Of a stretch of 64,000 nucleotides of DNA, positions 51,701 to 60,518 are shown piece by piece. Within the stretch, counting starts at the first letter, position 1; each line of letters opens with the position of its first letter. The stretch is from Octopus bimaculoides (taxonomy: Eukaryota). The notes beneath the pieces are model-generated. The model saw nothing but the letters and a program-made list of their open reading frames with translations. It did no database searches and was not told the DNA's origin. Location: assembly GCF_001194135.2 (NCBI RefSeq), contig NC_068985.1, positions 4,820,254 through 4,884,253 of the forward strand. The letters are read 5' to 3'. Both the position numbers and the translations under genes were made by a program.

Positions 51701-54700
51701 GAATTGAGCGGGAACGCTTGGTTGTTTAATTCTACGCATGCATGAGACTACGCATGCGCACGGCGTTACTACAGGGCTCCCTTGCCAGTGCGGAAACGCA
51801 CGATAAATGAAATCTGTTAGAACGCCTGAGGCAGGATGGCCACTGAAAAACCACCCACAAGATGTAGCACAAAACACACACAATGANNNNNNNNNNNNNN
51901 NNNNNNNNNNNNNGTATAAATGAAATGACAATGACAAAACAACCGTGATGACAACTGTCCAGGAAACTGGAATCACACGATGTAAAAGTCTGAGTGTTTG
52001 TTTTCCCTGAAAGGAAAGAAAATGTATGAGTGCACAAGTGTGTGTGTGAGAAGAAACACAGAACAAGTGAAAGTGTCTGTAGTATAGACTGCGAAAAGTC
52101 CCAAAACACCGAGATAGAGTACATTGATGAAGACGTCGGTGCAGGAACTGCTATAGCTGTGTTCTGTATGTGTGGTGGTAATGATGTTGACAGTGGTAAT
52201 GGGTCAGTTGAAACTTGGCGACGTCGGGGGGAATGCTTGTAGTTGGTAGTAGTCATTAAATTTCCCTCAAATTCCACCCTACCTTCTTATGAAGAAACAT
52301 ACAATGGATAACGTATACAAAAGATTAGGGTTTTACAGCTGGGACACTTTTGATCATAGGTTTACAGGATCTGTATCGACCTAGGGTTGATCAATAATCA
52401 AAACACACTCAGATGATGCTGCATTTCGACATCATCCATGCACAATCTATCAGATCAGATACACTCTATCTCCAAGAACAGAAACTGCACACAAAATCAA
52501 CAGGACTAACAGTTACTTACTATCATATTCCATTTGACTTTATCAAGAATTTTCTTAGCCGTCATCTCATCAGTACTTGTCCAATAGGTGAATGCCAGTA
52601 ACTTCGTATAATCATTTATTCTGAAAAAAAAATTTTTTTTTTTTTAAATAAAAGTGTGCATTGTTCCAGTCATTAGACTGTGGCCATGCTGGGGCACTGC
52701 TTTAAAGAATTTTTAGTTGAATAAATTGACATCAGTACTTTTTTTGTTTTTTAACCCTTGTACTTATTCTATTGATCTCTTTTGTTGAACCACTACGTTA
52801 ATGGAATGTAAACACCAACACTGGATACCAAGTGGTAGTGGGGGACAAACACACACACACACACACACAGATATACGATGGACTTCTTTCAGTTTTCTTC
52901 TACCAAAGCCATACAAGGCTTTGGTCAGTCTGATGCTAACAGTAGAAAACACTTGCCCAAAGTGTGATGCAGTGAGACCATGTAGTTGGGAAGCAAGTTT
53001 CTTGCCAGCTGGCTGGCTGTCCATTTATCAGGTTATGTGCTAGGATTGTTAAGTTAAGAATAGCCTTGTTGGATATAACAATGTCAGTTATCTCTACATA
53101 TGCTGACGTGTTGGGCCTCAAGAAGACAAAGCAGCTGAGTTCCTTTCAAGTGCTGGGCCTCATGGAGGCAATGACTGAGACCTTTGGCATTATGTCGTGC
53201 TTGAGAAGAAGACCCATCAAGCTGAGCAAAATTGGCAGATACTGGTGTCATCCAAATTGGCACATGTGCTGGTGGCACCTAAAAGCACTCATTACACTCT
53301 CGGAATGGTTAGCGTTAGGAAGGACATCCAGCTGTAGAAAATTATGCTAACTCAGACTGGAGGCTGGTGCAGCCTGGTCAAACCGTCCAACTCATGCCAC
53401 CAGCATGGATGTCGGGCATTAAAGATGGTAACAGCTTTAGCTCTAGAGATGAGGAGGGGACAAGGTTTCTAGAGTTTTGTGATGCTCATGGCTTACTGGT
53501 CTGCAACATTCACTTCAGGAAACCTACCAACCATCTGATCACTTATCAACCTGATGGGTTCATCCTCACTAGACACAGGGACAGCTGTATGCTCATAAAT
53601 GCAAGGTCAACTGATTTCTATGGCCAAAGTAAAGCCTCTGCCAGACCAAGGATGACATGGTGGTGGAACAGTGACACTGACAAGGCCATAAATGGAAAGA
53701 AACAGCTCTGGAATAGAGTGGGTAGCAAAGAATTATACCAGAAAGTTAAAAGGGAAGCTAGATGCCTGGTTTACCTGGATAAGGCAGAAGCAAAAAGGAA
53801 AAAGTATGCCAATGTCATGAAGAAGGAAGATCAGAGACTAGAGGTATTCTGGATTGCGAGACAGTGAGTCAAAATAGAATTGAGATATTGTGGGAGAGAA
53901 GTGAGTATGGATTGATAATGGTATGCTTGCACTTAGTGATTCAGACAAGAAAGAGGCATGGAAAAGATACTATGCAAAGCTACTGAATGTAGAGAATGAA
54001 TGGGATAATGCAATTCCCAACAGAGGGACCGGCTGTCCTCGTGGACACCAGTCTGGTAGATAAAGCAATTAAAGACATGACAGAAAACAGGGAAAGCCTT
54101 TGGTCCATCTGGAGATGCTCAAAATATCTGGTAAGATAGGATATGGACTAGTCAGTCACCCACTTAGTTAATCAGGTTATTTAGAAAGGCATAATATCCA
54201 ATGACTGGTGTAGCAGCATTATCGTTAGCTGCTACAAGAGTGAGGCAGATGCCTTAGAAGTAATTATAGAAGCATCAAATTGCTGGACCAACCACACTGA
54301 GAGTGTAATGGATGCTTTTTATGTGTCACCGGCACAGGTGCTGTTTACATGACACTGGTAACAGTCATGGTTACGATTTCACAGGTGCCATTTACATGAC
54401 ACTGACAATGGTCACAAGTATAGTTTCATTTGCTTTGATGAGTCTTCTCAAGCACAGCATATCGCCAAAGGTCTCTGTCACTAGTCATTGCCTCTGTGAC
54501 ACATTCGAAGATCATTCGAAGATCATGCTTCACCACTTCATTCCATGTCTTCCTGGGTCTACCTCTTCCACAGGTTCCCTTCACAATTACAAATTAGCAT
54601 TTCTTTACACAGCTGTCCTTGTCCATACACCTCACATGACTATACCAGCACATTCATTTCTTTTGTACATCACATCTGATGCCTCTTATGCCCAGTTCCA

Positions 54701-57700
54701 CTCATGCACACTGACATTGCGCATCCAGTGAAGCATACAAGCTTCATTTCTTTCAAACCTTTACCTGTCATATGCAGTCACAGGCCACATAATGGAAGTG
54801 ACCATAATTTTTTTTTATCTTCTTTCTTGACTATTAACATCCCATTACTACTATTATCACCACATCCACAACCCTTATCACCAACATCAAACTACCACCA
54901 CCACCACCACCACCATCATCATCATCAATATAACTACCACACAACCAATCACTGTCAATGCTTACCATTCATGGTAAATGCAAAGGAACAACAATTGCCA
55001 CAATCAGACCTCACCTACCTTTGCTGTGGCTACCACCAATACAACTGACAAGCATTCTATAAATCATTTTAACAGCTAAATTTACCCCAATCTTATTGCA
55101 TAATGTTGGCTGTCCGATAAGAAGCTTACTTCCCAATCGCAGTTATGGGTCCAATCCCACTGTATGGCATCTTGAGTAAGTGTCTTCTGTAACCTCAGGC
55201 AACCAAGGCCTTGTCATTAGATTTGGCAGATAAAACTGATAGAAGCCTGTCATACATACCTAAGTGTGTGAGTGTGTGTGTGTATGTGTGTGTGTGAGTG
55301 TGAGTGTGTGTGTATCTGTCTTTATTCTCCACTACAGCTTGAAAACCAGTATTAGTGTATTAACATCCCTTTAACCTAGTAGTTCAGTAAAAGAGACTGA
55401 TAGAATAAGTACCAGGCTTAAAAGTAAATAAGTACTGGGGTCGATTCATTTGACTAAAATTTGCTCAAGGCGGTTCCCCATCATGGCCACAGTTCGATGA
55501 CTAAAACAAGTTAAGAGATAAAAGACAGGATGGTCATAACAGGAATGTGTTTCATCATAGATATGCTCAATCATATAAATAAATAATATCAAATAACAAT
55601 CTTTTCAACTCTAAGCACAAGGCCCGAAATTTTAGGGGAGGGAGCCAGTTGATCAGATTGACCCCAGTACACAACTAGTACTTAATTTATTGACTTCAAA
55701 AGGATGAAAGGCAAAGTCGACCTCGGACGAATTTGAACTCAGAATGTAAAGACAGATGAAATGCCACTAAGCATTTCATCAGCTCGCCACCTTAATAACA
55801 TCAAATAACATCACAAGCACACACACACGCACACACACACACACACACAAAAGATTAGACTGTGGCACTCCATATGATAAAGTACTGTATGCTAGAGTGA
55901 ACAATATTGCTATATTTCTCTAATAGGCAGAAGTATGGCATATCTGTTGTTGTTGGTTAACCCTAGGTCAACCCTAAATGAGCAGATCTATGACAAAAAG
56001 TTCTCCAGTCATGGCCATCTTGTTCTTTTGTAAATTTAGGACTACAGTGTCTAATGTGTGCTTTGATATGGTAGGTGTGAAGGCATGTGGCTTAGTTCTT
56101 GGAGTATTAAGCTCAAGGTCGTACAGTCGTGAGTTCAATTCCTGGCAGCGTGTTGTGTCCTTGAGCAGGACACTTTATTTCAAATTACTCCAGTTCACTC
56201 AGTTGGCAAAAATGAGTTGTACCTGTATTTTAAAGTGCCAGCCTCATGAGACTGTATTATGCTGAATCTCCTTGTAAACTATGTTAAGGGTACATGAGTC
56301 TGTGGAGTGCCCAGCCACTTGCACATTAATTTCATGAGCAGGCCTTTCCATTGATCGGATCAACTGGAACACTCATCATCATAACTGATAGAATGCCAGT
56401 TTTGGTAGGTGTGATTTGAGGAATATTTGGTTGTTATTTGGAGCAGTTCAAACACCTACATGGAAGTGTTCATAATGGACCATGGTATAACTAAAAAATA
56501 AATATGTGCAAGATACACTTAGTCTTTTGAATGCAGCCTACTTGAGCTGGGGATACACAAGAAAAATAAATTACAGCAGAGCACACAAAAAGTCAACTTA
56601 CGGTTCTCCTTGCTTTATTGTATAATCTGGCGCCAATTGAACATCTTCATTAGGTTTAGCTGCAGCAACTTTTATGAAATCGAAGGACTTTTTAATGTCC
56701 TGACAAAGAAAATTTTATATGCTTTATCATGTATTATTAGAACAGTCAACGGTGAAATTGGTAGAATGGAAAATAAACTGACATTTGATATGTAGTAACA
56801 TTCCTGTCTTTTATCCTTCCAAGGTTGATAAAATATGTAACATTCAAGCATTGGGTTGATATAATTGATTACACACTCCTATAGAATTGTGAATTTGTGC
56901 CTACATTAGAAATCGTTATGTACTCATACATACCAAACGTACTCCATATAAAAGCATATGTCATATGGTATAGAGAACCCTGCCATTTTTCTAGTTGGTG
57001 AGCACATTAAACCATCCAGTTTACCTAGCCCATGAATGCCTTTGATAGAGTCCACCCTGTAGCAAGTATATAGACCAGGCTTTCAGCAAGGTGTTCCCAG
57101 AACCTACTGACACAGTTCACTTTTCACACTTCTCCAAAATATCAGTTTCAAATTTTGGCACAAGACCAGCAATTTCAAGGGAGGGAGTAAGTTGAATACA
57201 TCAACCCCACTGCACAACTGATATTTATCGTATCAACCCTGAAAGGATGAAAATCTAAGTCAACCATGGCAGAATCTGAACTCAGAATATAGAGAAAGAT
57301 GAAATACTGCTAAGCATTTGGCAAGCAAACTGCCTTACACTTCACCAGAATATCAAAAACTATAGCAAAACCCATTGGACAATTCTTCCCACCCTCTTCC
57401 TTTTTAACATTTGTAGATTTCATTCCAATTTAGATTCTACTCATTATCTCTTACTAGCTTGCAAACTGCACAACCTATTTGTCTCTGAGAAACAAATTTT
57501 TAAACCGCCATCTATGGTTCATCTCTAAACATCCAGACCATATGCTTTACTTAAACTTCACTCGGAAAGGAGATGTCTGCACATAGGTAAGCTCCAATTT
57601 CCCAGTCAATCACCACCCTCACTTGGATTTTAATCTGACTCAAAGTCTCCTTCCCTCCCTCACATACAATCACTTCTTCTCTACTCTTTGAATTCTTTAA

Positions 57701-60518
57701 ACCAACAGCAACTCTTCAACCATATCTCCTCTCAAATTTATCTCATTTCTAAAGTTATCATAGTTAGTGACTTTAATGCTCACAACTCCCCTAGTGCCTC
57801 CCAGACACATCTCATGTTGATGCTATTGGAGCAAAAAATAAATCTTTTGCAATTCTTAATTCTTCTCAGAGAAAGGAACAAGTTGTGCGGTATGCAAACT
57901 ATTAAGAATAGGATCTAAATTGGAATGAAATCTACAGATGTTACAAAAGAAGAGGGTGGGAGGAATTGTTCAGTAGGTTTAGTTCTAGTTTCTGATATTT
58001 TGGAGAAGTGTAAAAAAGTAAAGGGTGACAGTGTCTCAAGAGATCATGGGAACTCCTTGCTGGAAGCCTGGTTTAAATGCATTTCTGACCAACACACTTC
58101 TTTCTCACCTCCAAACCTAACCTCTGCTAGACCATAATTGCCTCAGTATGTATCAGGTTGTCCAATAAATACCTCATCATAACTACCCAATACATCCACA
58201 TACTACAGTATGTGGATGTATATTGGGTGAAGGCATACAGTTTAGTCGTGAAGGTATTTGGTTCATGATTATAAGGTCATGAATTCAATTCCTGGCATTG
58301 TGTAGCATCCTTGAGCAGGGCACTTTATTTCTTGTTGCTTCAGTCCACTCAGCTGGCAAAAATGAGTTGAACCTGTATTTCAAAGGACCGACCTTGTAAC
58401 ATTGTGTCACACAGAATCACCCAAAGATACATGTGTCAGTGGAGTGCTCAGCCTCTTGTGCATTAATTTCATGAGCAAGTTATTTTGTTGATCAAATTAA
58501 ACTGGAATTTGCGTCATCATAACTGACAGTGCCAGTTTGACGCAATATCCACCCACTACCATACCTAGATGCTACGCACTTCAAGTCAGTCAACTAGTTG
58601 AAGCTCCACCAGTTTTATGCAAAGTATCCCAGGTCCATCACAATTAGACAGGTGACTGAAACAATCCTTTTAGGCATCTTCCTCCACTTCCTGCACAAAA
58701 CAAAACTCAATGCCTCAAGCTCACAAGTGGTTGACTCTGAGATAATTAACAGCAGTTCAAGCCAAAGGACAGAACTACTGAACCTAGAAATTGGAGCTTG
58801 TTTACCTAGCATGTAACTCTTGCAAAACCATTGTCTAAACTGAAAAGGATGCCTTTGTGCATCACACAGTCTGCAAGCCTTCCACTTTCCAAACTGCAGC
58901 TGACCCTTTTGGTCCCTTGCTAAAAGAAACTTCTCTAAGTTTTCAGAATCCTCATTTCCTTCATTTCTCAATAATAATGGCCAAGTAAGCTGTAACTCCA
59001 TGCCTTCCATGGAGAAAGCCTCTACCTTCACTGCCTGCTTTTCATCCAACTCATGGGAAAATCTGACATTATCAGAGGCAGAGCAAGCTAGTTTCTTTGA
59101 ACATTTCCTAACCCAGGATGAGTGTTGGGTTCATCACTATATATCAGAGACAAAGAGGCAATCTATGCAGTGGAAACACCCCTCCTCACCTATTCGAAAG
59201 GAGGCCAAGGTCATTTCATATGCAGGGAAGGTGATGGCCTCAGTTCTTTTAGATCCAAAAGTAACAAGACACATCCAGTTTCTGAGTATAGTCATTGGTT
59301 GGTTTTGAAATCTTACCAATGGTAGCCCATAATCCTGCAAAGTATTCTGGCATCAAAAGAGTTTAGGTGGCTCCTAGTCCAAGTCTTGCAACTGCAGAGC
59401 AAAAGAGGGAGGACTAGTTTCAGTAGCCTAAGATAGGAAACTAGTCCATACCAGTTAACTTGCTTTTGCATGAAAAACTTGATTCTTCAAGCTAACAAAA
59501 CATTTGTCATGAACACTGTGGTGAGTTATTCAATATACAGTGACTACTAACAGTGAAGTGAACTCAACCACCAAAAATGGATACATCATATTGCTGGTAC
59601 AAAGTTGACTTAGCCATGCATACATTTTTTTACTGTTTCTAAAAGAATTACAAATGGTACAGTTGTGCTATGATACAGAAGCTTTTTCCAAAGAGAATTA
59701 ACAATATAATTGAGAGAATAAGAGTTTAATCCAGTCTGTTTTCCATGTTAGCATGGGTTGGACAGTTTGAGAGAAGCTGGTAAGGCCAGGAGCTGGTAAG
59801 GCCAGGAGCTGGTAAGGCCAGGATCTGGTAAAGCCAGGAGCTGGTAAAGCCAGGAGCTGGTAAGGCCAGGAACTGGTAAGGCCAGAAGCTGGTACGGTCA
59901 GGAGCTGGTAAGGCCAGGAGCTGGTAAGGCCAGGAGCTGGTAAGGCCAGGGGCTGTAGCAGGTTCCATTATCTGCTTTGGCTTGCTTCCTACAGCTGGAT
60001 GCCTTTTTAATGCCACACACTTTACAGAGTGTACTGGGTCCTTTTTATGTGGAACCAGCACCAGTGCATTTTATATGGCACCAGTACCAGCACCAGCACA
60101 TGTAGTTATGATGTCTACAATGCACAGCACCATTTCTATTTCCCATTTCAGTCAGTATCATTAGATAACCAGGTACAAAGACACCCAGAAAACATATATA
60201 AAAACAAATTTACAACTCCATCAAACCCACAAGATTATAGGAAAAAGTAAATTAAAATTTTGAAAAAAAAAAAAAAATTAAATTAATCTGTGTTATCATC
60301 AAGTGGGAAAATTGAATTATATATGGCCTGTCTTATTGGCAGCCACATCTGAGGTCTTTGAGTCAACTTAATTGTAGATAAAGAAACAAAATTTACCAAA
60401 AAGTAAAGAAGTAAAAAAAAATACATGAAAAGAAAATTGCCAACTCACCTCATTTTTGAATGTTTTTTCTTTATCTTTGAAAAGTTTGTAGGTCTTACAG
60501 AATTCCATCTGAGCAATC
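1264..60518 (-). CDS. Partial multi-exon gene (22 exons, ~400 aa in window): unique N-terminal exons with a UBA-like motif, then a tandem array of ~29-33 aa helical repeats; uncharacterised protein
   Basis: All 22 exons have canonical AG/GT ends with pyrimidine tracts, their phases chain without conflict, and there is no stop. Joined translation: [400 protein letters not shown]. The gene is open at both ends. No transcript evidence is available to me. Confidence 0.88.
1743..1776 (-). CDS. Cassette 4 micro-exon b (34 nt): [11 protein letters not shown]
   Basis: Acceptor tttcttttgcag, donor AAA|gtgagt. Confidence 0.88.
2511..2572 (-). CDS. Cassette 4 long exon B (62 nt): [20 protein letters not shown](I)
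   Basis: Type-B acceptor gaatatttgcag, donor gtaaat. Confidence 0.9.
3734..4380. mobile_element. Non-autonomous DNA transposon (MITE) with 28-bp perfect TIRs and an 8-bp TSD; Merlin- or hAT-like
   Basis: TIR GGATCTTGTTCAAAACGGGGGCACCAGT at 3734-3761, with its reverse complement ending at 4380. Flanking direct repeat CATGTTAC at 3726-3733 and 4381-4388. Confidence 0.9.
4751..4784 (-). CDS. Cassette 4 micro-exon a (34 nt): [11 protein letters not shown]
   Basis: Acceptor gtttcttttgcag, donor GAG|gttagt. Confidence 0.9.
5178..5825 (+). mobile_element. RTE-clade LINE 3' fragment
   Basis: [13 protein letters not shown]...LHGSETW...[12 protein letters not shown]...[10 protein letters not shown] matches the RTE C-terminal region. 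About 80 bp is repeated across the small gap at 5366-5375, probably an assembly overlap. Confidence 0.9.
5826..6545 (-). mobile_element. Penelope-like element fragment (RT C-terminal region, linker, GIY-YIG endonuclease start)
   Basis: ORF 6230..6607(-) contains [13 protein letters not shown]...[32 protein letters not shown] 5709..6233(-) contains CPISENC...VIYKCSV...[13 protein letters not shown] (GIY-YIG motif). Confidence 0.8.
7748..7812 (-). CDS. Cassette 4 long exon A (65 nt): [21 protein letters not shown](R)
   Basis: Type-A acceptor cacttctag, donor CAG|gtacgt. Confidence 0.9.
9883..9916 (-). CDS. Cassette 3 micro-exon b (34 nt): [11 protein letters not shown]
   Basis: Acceptor tttcttttgtag, donor ACG|gttagt. 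Confidence 0.88.
11140..11600 (-). repeat. Dispersed SINE-like / RTE-tail family ending in (GAT)n; representative copy
   Basis: Shared core (cat)n-tttaacgtc...ccatgctagcatgggttgg...ttctacagctggatgcccttcctaacgccaaccact, with ~40-50 bp internal subrepeats. About 20 copies (approximate positions): 555-750, 4420-4575, 7160-7360, 15170-15465, 18620-18810, 21410-22170, 22970-23250, 31590-31830, 35575-35975, 37080-37440, 41950-42300, 43490-43830, 45020-45365, 46040-46230, 47660-48150, 53180-53430, 59720-60110, 61580-61860, 63740-64000. Confidence 0.85.
13030..13215 (+). mobile_element. Decayed non-LTR retrotransposon fragment (region before the RT)
   Basis: [29 protein letters not shown], then (frameshift) [16 protein letters not shown], resembling the K-A-x-G-x-D...W...IPI-x-KKG motif. 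Confidence 0.6.
13745..13806 (-). CDS. Cassette 3 long exon B (62 nt): [20 protein letters not shown](I)
   Basis: Type-B acceptor gaatatttatag, donor gtaaat. Confidence 0.9.
16564..16628. repeat. 15/16-bp tandem repeat (GATCTTATAGATAAT[T]) x4
   Basis: Read directly from the sequence. Confidence 0.85.
17172..17205 (-). CDS. Cassette 3 micro-exon a (34 nt): [11 protein letters not shown]
   Basis: Acceptor gtttcttttgcag, donor GAG|gttagt. Confidence 0.9.
19144..19208 (-). CDS. Cassette 3 long exon A (65 nt): [21 protein letters not shown](K)
   Basis: Type-A acceptor ctcttctag, donor gtatgt. Confidence 0.9.
19347..20215 (+). mobile_element. piggyBac-like transposon, 5' part with a decayed transposase
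   Basis: Begins TTAA|CCCTTT. Acidic N-terminus ([13 protein letters not shown]) is followed by PLDFF...[10 protein letters not shown]...[27 protein letters not shown], typical of DDE_Tnp_1_7/PGBD-like proteins. Contains stops and frameshifts. Confidence 0.85.
22798..22831 (-). CDS. Cassette 2 micro-exon b (34 nt): [11 protein letters not shown]
   Basis: Acceptor ttccttttgtag, donor AAG|gttagt. Confidence 0.9.
23250..23830 (-). mobile_element. Decayed RTE LINE 3' fragment
   Basis: Minus strand has an RGRPRKTW-like motif and similarity to the RTE copy at 5178-5825. Boundaries are approximate. Confidence 0.65.
24567..24628 (-). CDS. Cassette 2 long exon B (62 nt): [20 protein letters not shown](K)
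   Basis: Type-B acceptor gaatatttgtag, donor gtaaat. Confidence 0.9.
26025..26052 (-). CDS. Cassette 2 micro-exon a (28 nt): EIAEKCFSK
   Basis: Acceptor tacttttgtag, donor AAG|gttagt. The -6 nt preserves the frame. Confidence 0.85.
27624..27682 (-). CDS. Cassette 2 long exon A (59 nt): [19 protein letters not shown](L)
   Basis: Type-A acceptor context, donor gtaagt. The -6 nt preserves the frame. Confidence 0.88.
29255..29291 (-). CDS. Cassette 1 micro-exon b (37 nt): [12 protein letters not shown]
   Basis: Acceptor tttcttttacag, donor CTG|gttagt. The +3 nt relative to other micro-exons preserves the frame. Confidence 0.88.
29459..29679. mobile_element. TTAA-flanked MITE (piggyBac-like ends), 221 bp
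   Basis: TTAA|CCCTTTAG ... CTAAAGGG|TTAA. The paralogous intron near 10055-10090 lacks the insert. Related partial copies lie near 3545-3650, 15778-15975, 16490-16570 and 18248-18400. Confidence 0.75.
31527..31572. repeat. (AAT)n microsatellite
   Basis: About 15 uninterrupted AAT units. Confidence 0.95.
31925..31986 (-). CDS. Cassette 1 long exon B (62 nt): [20 protein letters not shown](L)
   Basis: Conserved type-B acceptor context (tttcattttgaatatag), donor gtaagt. Confidence 0.9.
34268..35575 (+). mobile_element. RTE-clade LINE (RT core to 3' end; middle lies in an N gap)
   Basis: [21 protein letters not shown]...[13 protein letters not shown] before the gap (34569-35511). RTE 3' tail (gacctttggaaatgtgctgtgcgtgagaagacc) after the gap. 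Confidence 0.9.
38765..38798 (-). CDS. Cassette 1 micro-exon a (34 nt): [11 protein letters not shown]
   Basis: Acceptor ttttcttttgcag, donor CCG|gttagt. Confidence 0.88.
39953..40017 (-). CDS. Cassette 1 long exon A (65 nt): [21 protein letters not shown](E)
   Basis: Conserved type-A acceptor context (cttttctag), donor gtaagt. Confidence 0.9.
40426..41703 (-). mobile_element. Full-length mariner-like element (1278 bp) with a decayed transposase; middle lies in an N gap
   Basis: TIRs tcaggtcatcccataagt(t)ctgtcc at both ends, flanked by TA. N-terminal HTH: [34 protein letters not shown]...[14 protein letters not shown]-terminus: [27 protein letters not shown]. Confidence 0.9.
42417..42630. 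mobile_element. Tc1/mariner-like MITE
   Basis: Imperfect ~24-bp TIRs: tatagggtgggccaaaagtcatgc versus the reverse complement tacagagtaggccaaaagtcacac. AT-rich interior. Confidence 0.6.
42850..42883 (-). CDS. Micro-exon type b (34 nt, phase 2->0): [11 protein letters not shown]
   Basis: Acceptor ttattttgcag, donor AAG|gttagt. Paralogous to the other micro-exons. Confidence 0.88.
43830..45010 (-). mobile_element. Decayed RTE LINE (RT to 3' region)
   Basis: IDLEKAF near 44990, YADDLAL near 44730, and [27 protein letters not shown] in ORF 43949..44131(-). Confidence 0.8.
45365..45690 (-). mobile_element. Mariner transposase C-terminal fragment
   Basis: [29 protein letters not shown], then (frameshift) [10 protein letters not shown], matching the mariner C-terminus. 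Confidence 0.65.
45923..45987 (-). CDS. Exon 4 (65 nt, phase 0->2): [21 protein letters not shown](L)
   Basis: Acceptor tcttgaaatttcag, donor GCT|gtgagt. Same size and phase as the long array exons. Confidence 0.78.
46435..46660. repeat. Second abundant dispersed repeat family (ttgtttcagtcatttgactgtggccatgctggagcac...agttacggggacgtaaacacacc); representative copy
   Basis: Related copies at about 8185-8560, 36250-36640, 37930-38370, 52660-53000, 55110-55520, 61060-61230 and 62630-62980, usually next to (CA)n/(TA)n tracts. Confidence 0.8.
46650..47690. repeat. (TA)n/(CA)n/(CAT)n microsatellite complex around an N gap
   Basis: Read directly. A similar complex lies at 48560-48721, and other gaps are also flanked by simple repeats. 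Confidence 0.9.
48153..48320 (+). mobile_element. 5' end fragment of the same piggyBac-like family as 19347
   Basis: TTAA|CCCTTTTGTTACTAACCCGG..., near-identical to 19347-19560 apart from an internal deletion. Confidence 0.8.
49090..51420 (-). mobile_element. CR1/L2-like LINE ORF2, 5'-truncated, with stops and frameshifts
   Basis: [51 protein letters not shown] and YADD in ORFs 50134..51078, 49705..50016 and 49104..49373 (all -). Confidence 0.92.
52521..52620 (-). CDS. Exon 3 (100 nt, phase 2->0): [36 protein letters not shown]-like motif
   Basis: Acceptor is poly-T followed by cag; donor ATA|gtaagt; open frame. The A-x-x-I-L-x-x-x-x-W-N-M-x-x-A pattern continues into exon 4. Confidence 0.82.
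53430..54290 (+). mobile_element. Decayed RTE LINE fragment (endonuclease end to linker)
   Basis: [34 protein letters not shown]...WWWN...[12 protein letters not shown] in ORF 53367..53867(+). Confidence 0.75.
54470..54790 (-). mobile_element. RTE LINE 3' fragment
   Basis: Same motif as 23250-23830 (gaagatcatgcttcaccac...gtcttcctgggtctacctcttccacagg). Confidence 0.65.
56085..56400 (+). repeat. tRNA-derived SINE copy
   Basis: A-box/B-box-like head (tggcttagt...gagttcaattcctggc) followed by a shared body. Relatives at 58228-58535, 61285-61360, 30790-30980 and 28040-28270 (reverse strand). Confidence 0.65.
56602..56699 (-). CDS. Exon 2 (98 nt, phase 0->2): [32 protein letters not shown](P)
   Basis: Acceptor ttttctttgtcag, donor ACC|gtaagt; open frame. 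Confidence 0.78.
59090..59262 (+). mobile_element. Mariner transposase catalytic-domain fragment
   Basis: [29 protein letters not shown]...[14 protein letters not shown] matches the mariner (I/V)TGDETW..Y.PE.K.QS.QW...K...SAGKVM motif. Confidence 0.75.
59775..59951. repeat. 16-bp minisatellite (AGCTGGTAAGGCCAGG) x11
   Basis: ctggta recurs every 16 nt from 59777 to 59937, embedded in a SINE-like copy. Confidence 0.9.
60449..60518 (-). CDS. Exon 1 in window (70 nt, phase 2->0): [23 protein letters not shown]
   Basis: Acceptor ctttaattgcag, donor GAG|gtgagt. Also visible inside ORF-track entry 60368..60622(-). Phase fits the next exon. Confidence 0.75.

Noticed and set aside
55008-55075. Possible exon on the minus strand with donor AAG|gtaggt
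   Set aside because: It ends in phase 1 and cannot be placed between exon 2 (ends phase 2) and exon 3 (starts phase 2), which already join in frame.
57500-57860. Possible LINE endonuclease remnant ([12 protein letters not shown])
   Set aside because: A single short motif in decayed sequence, too little to define an element.
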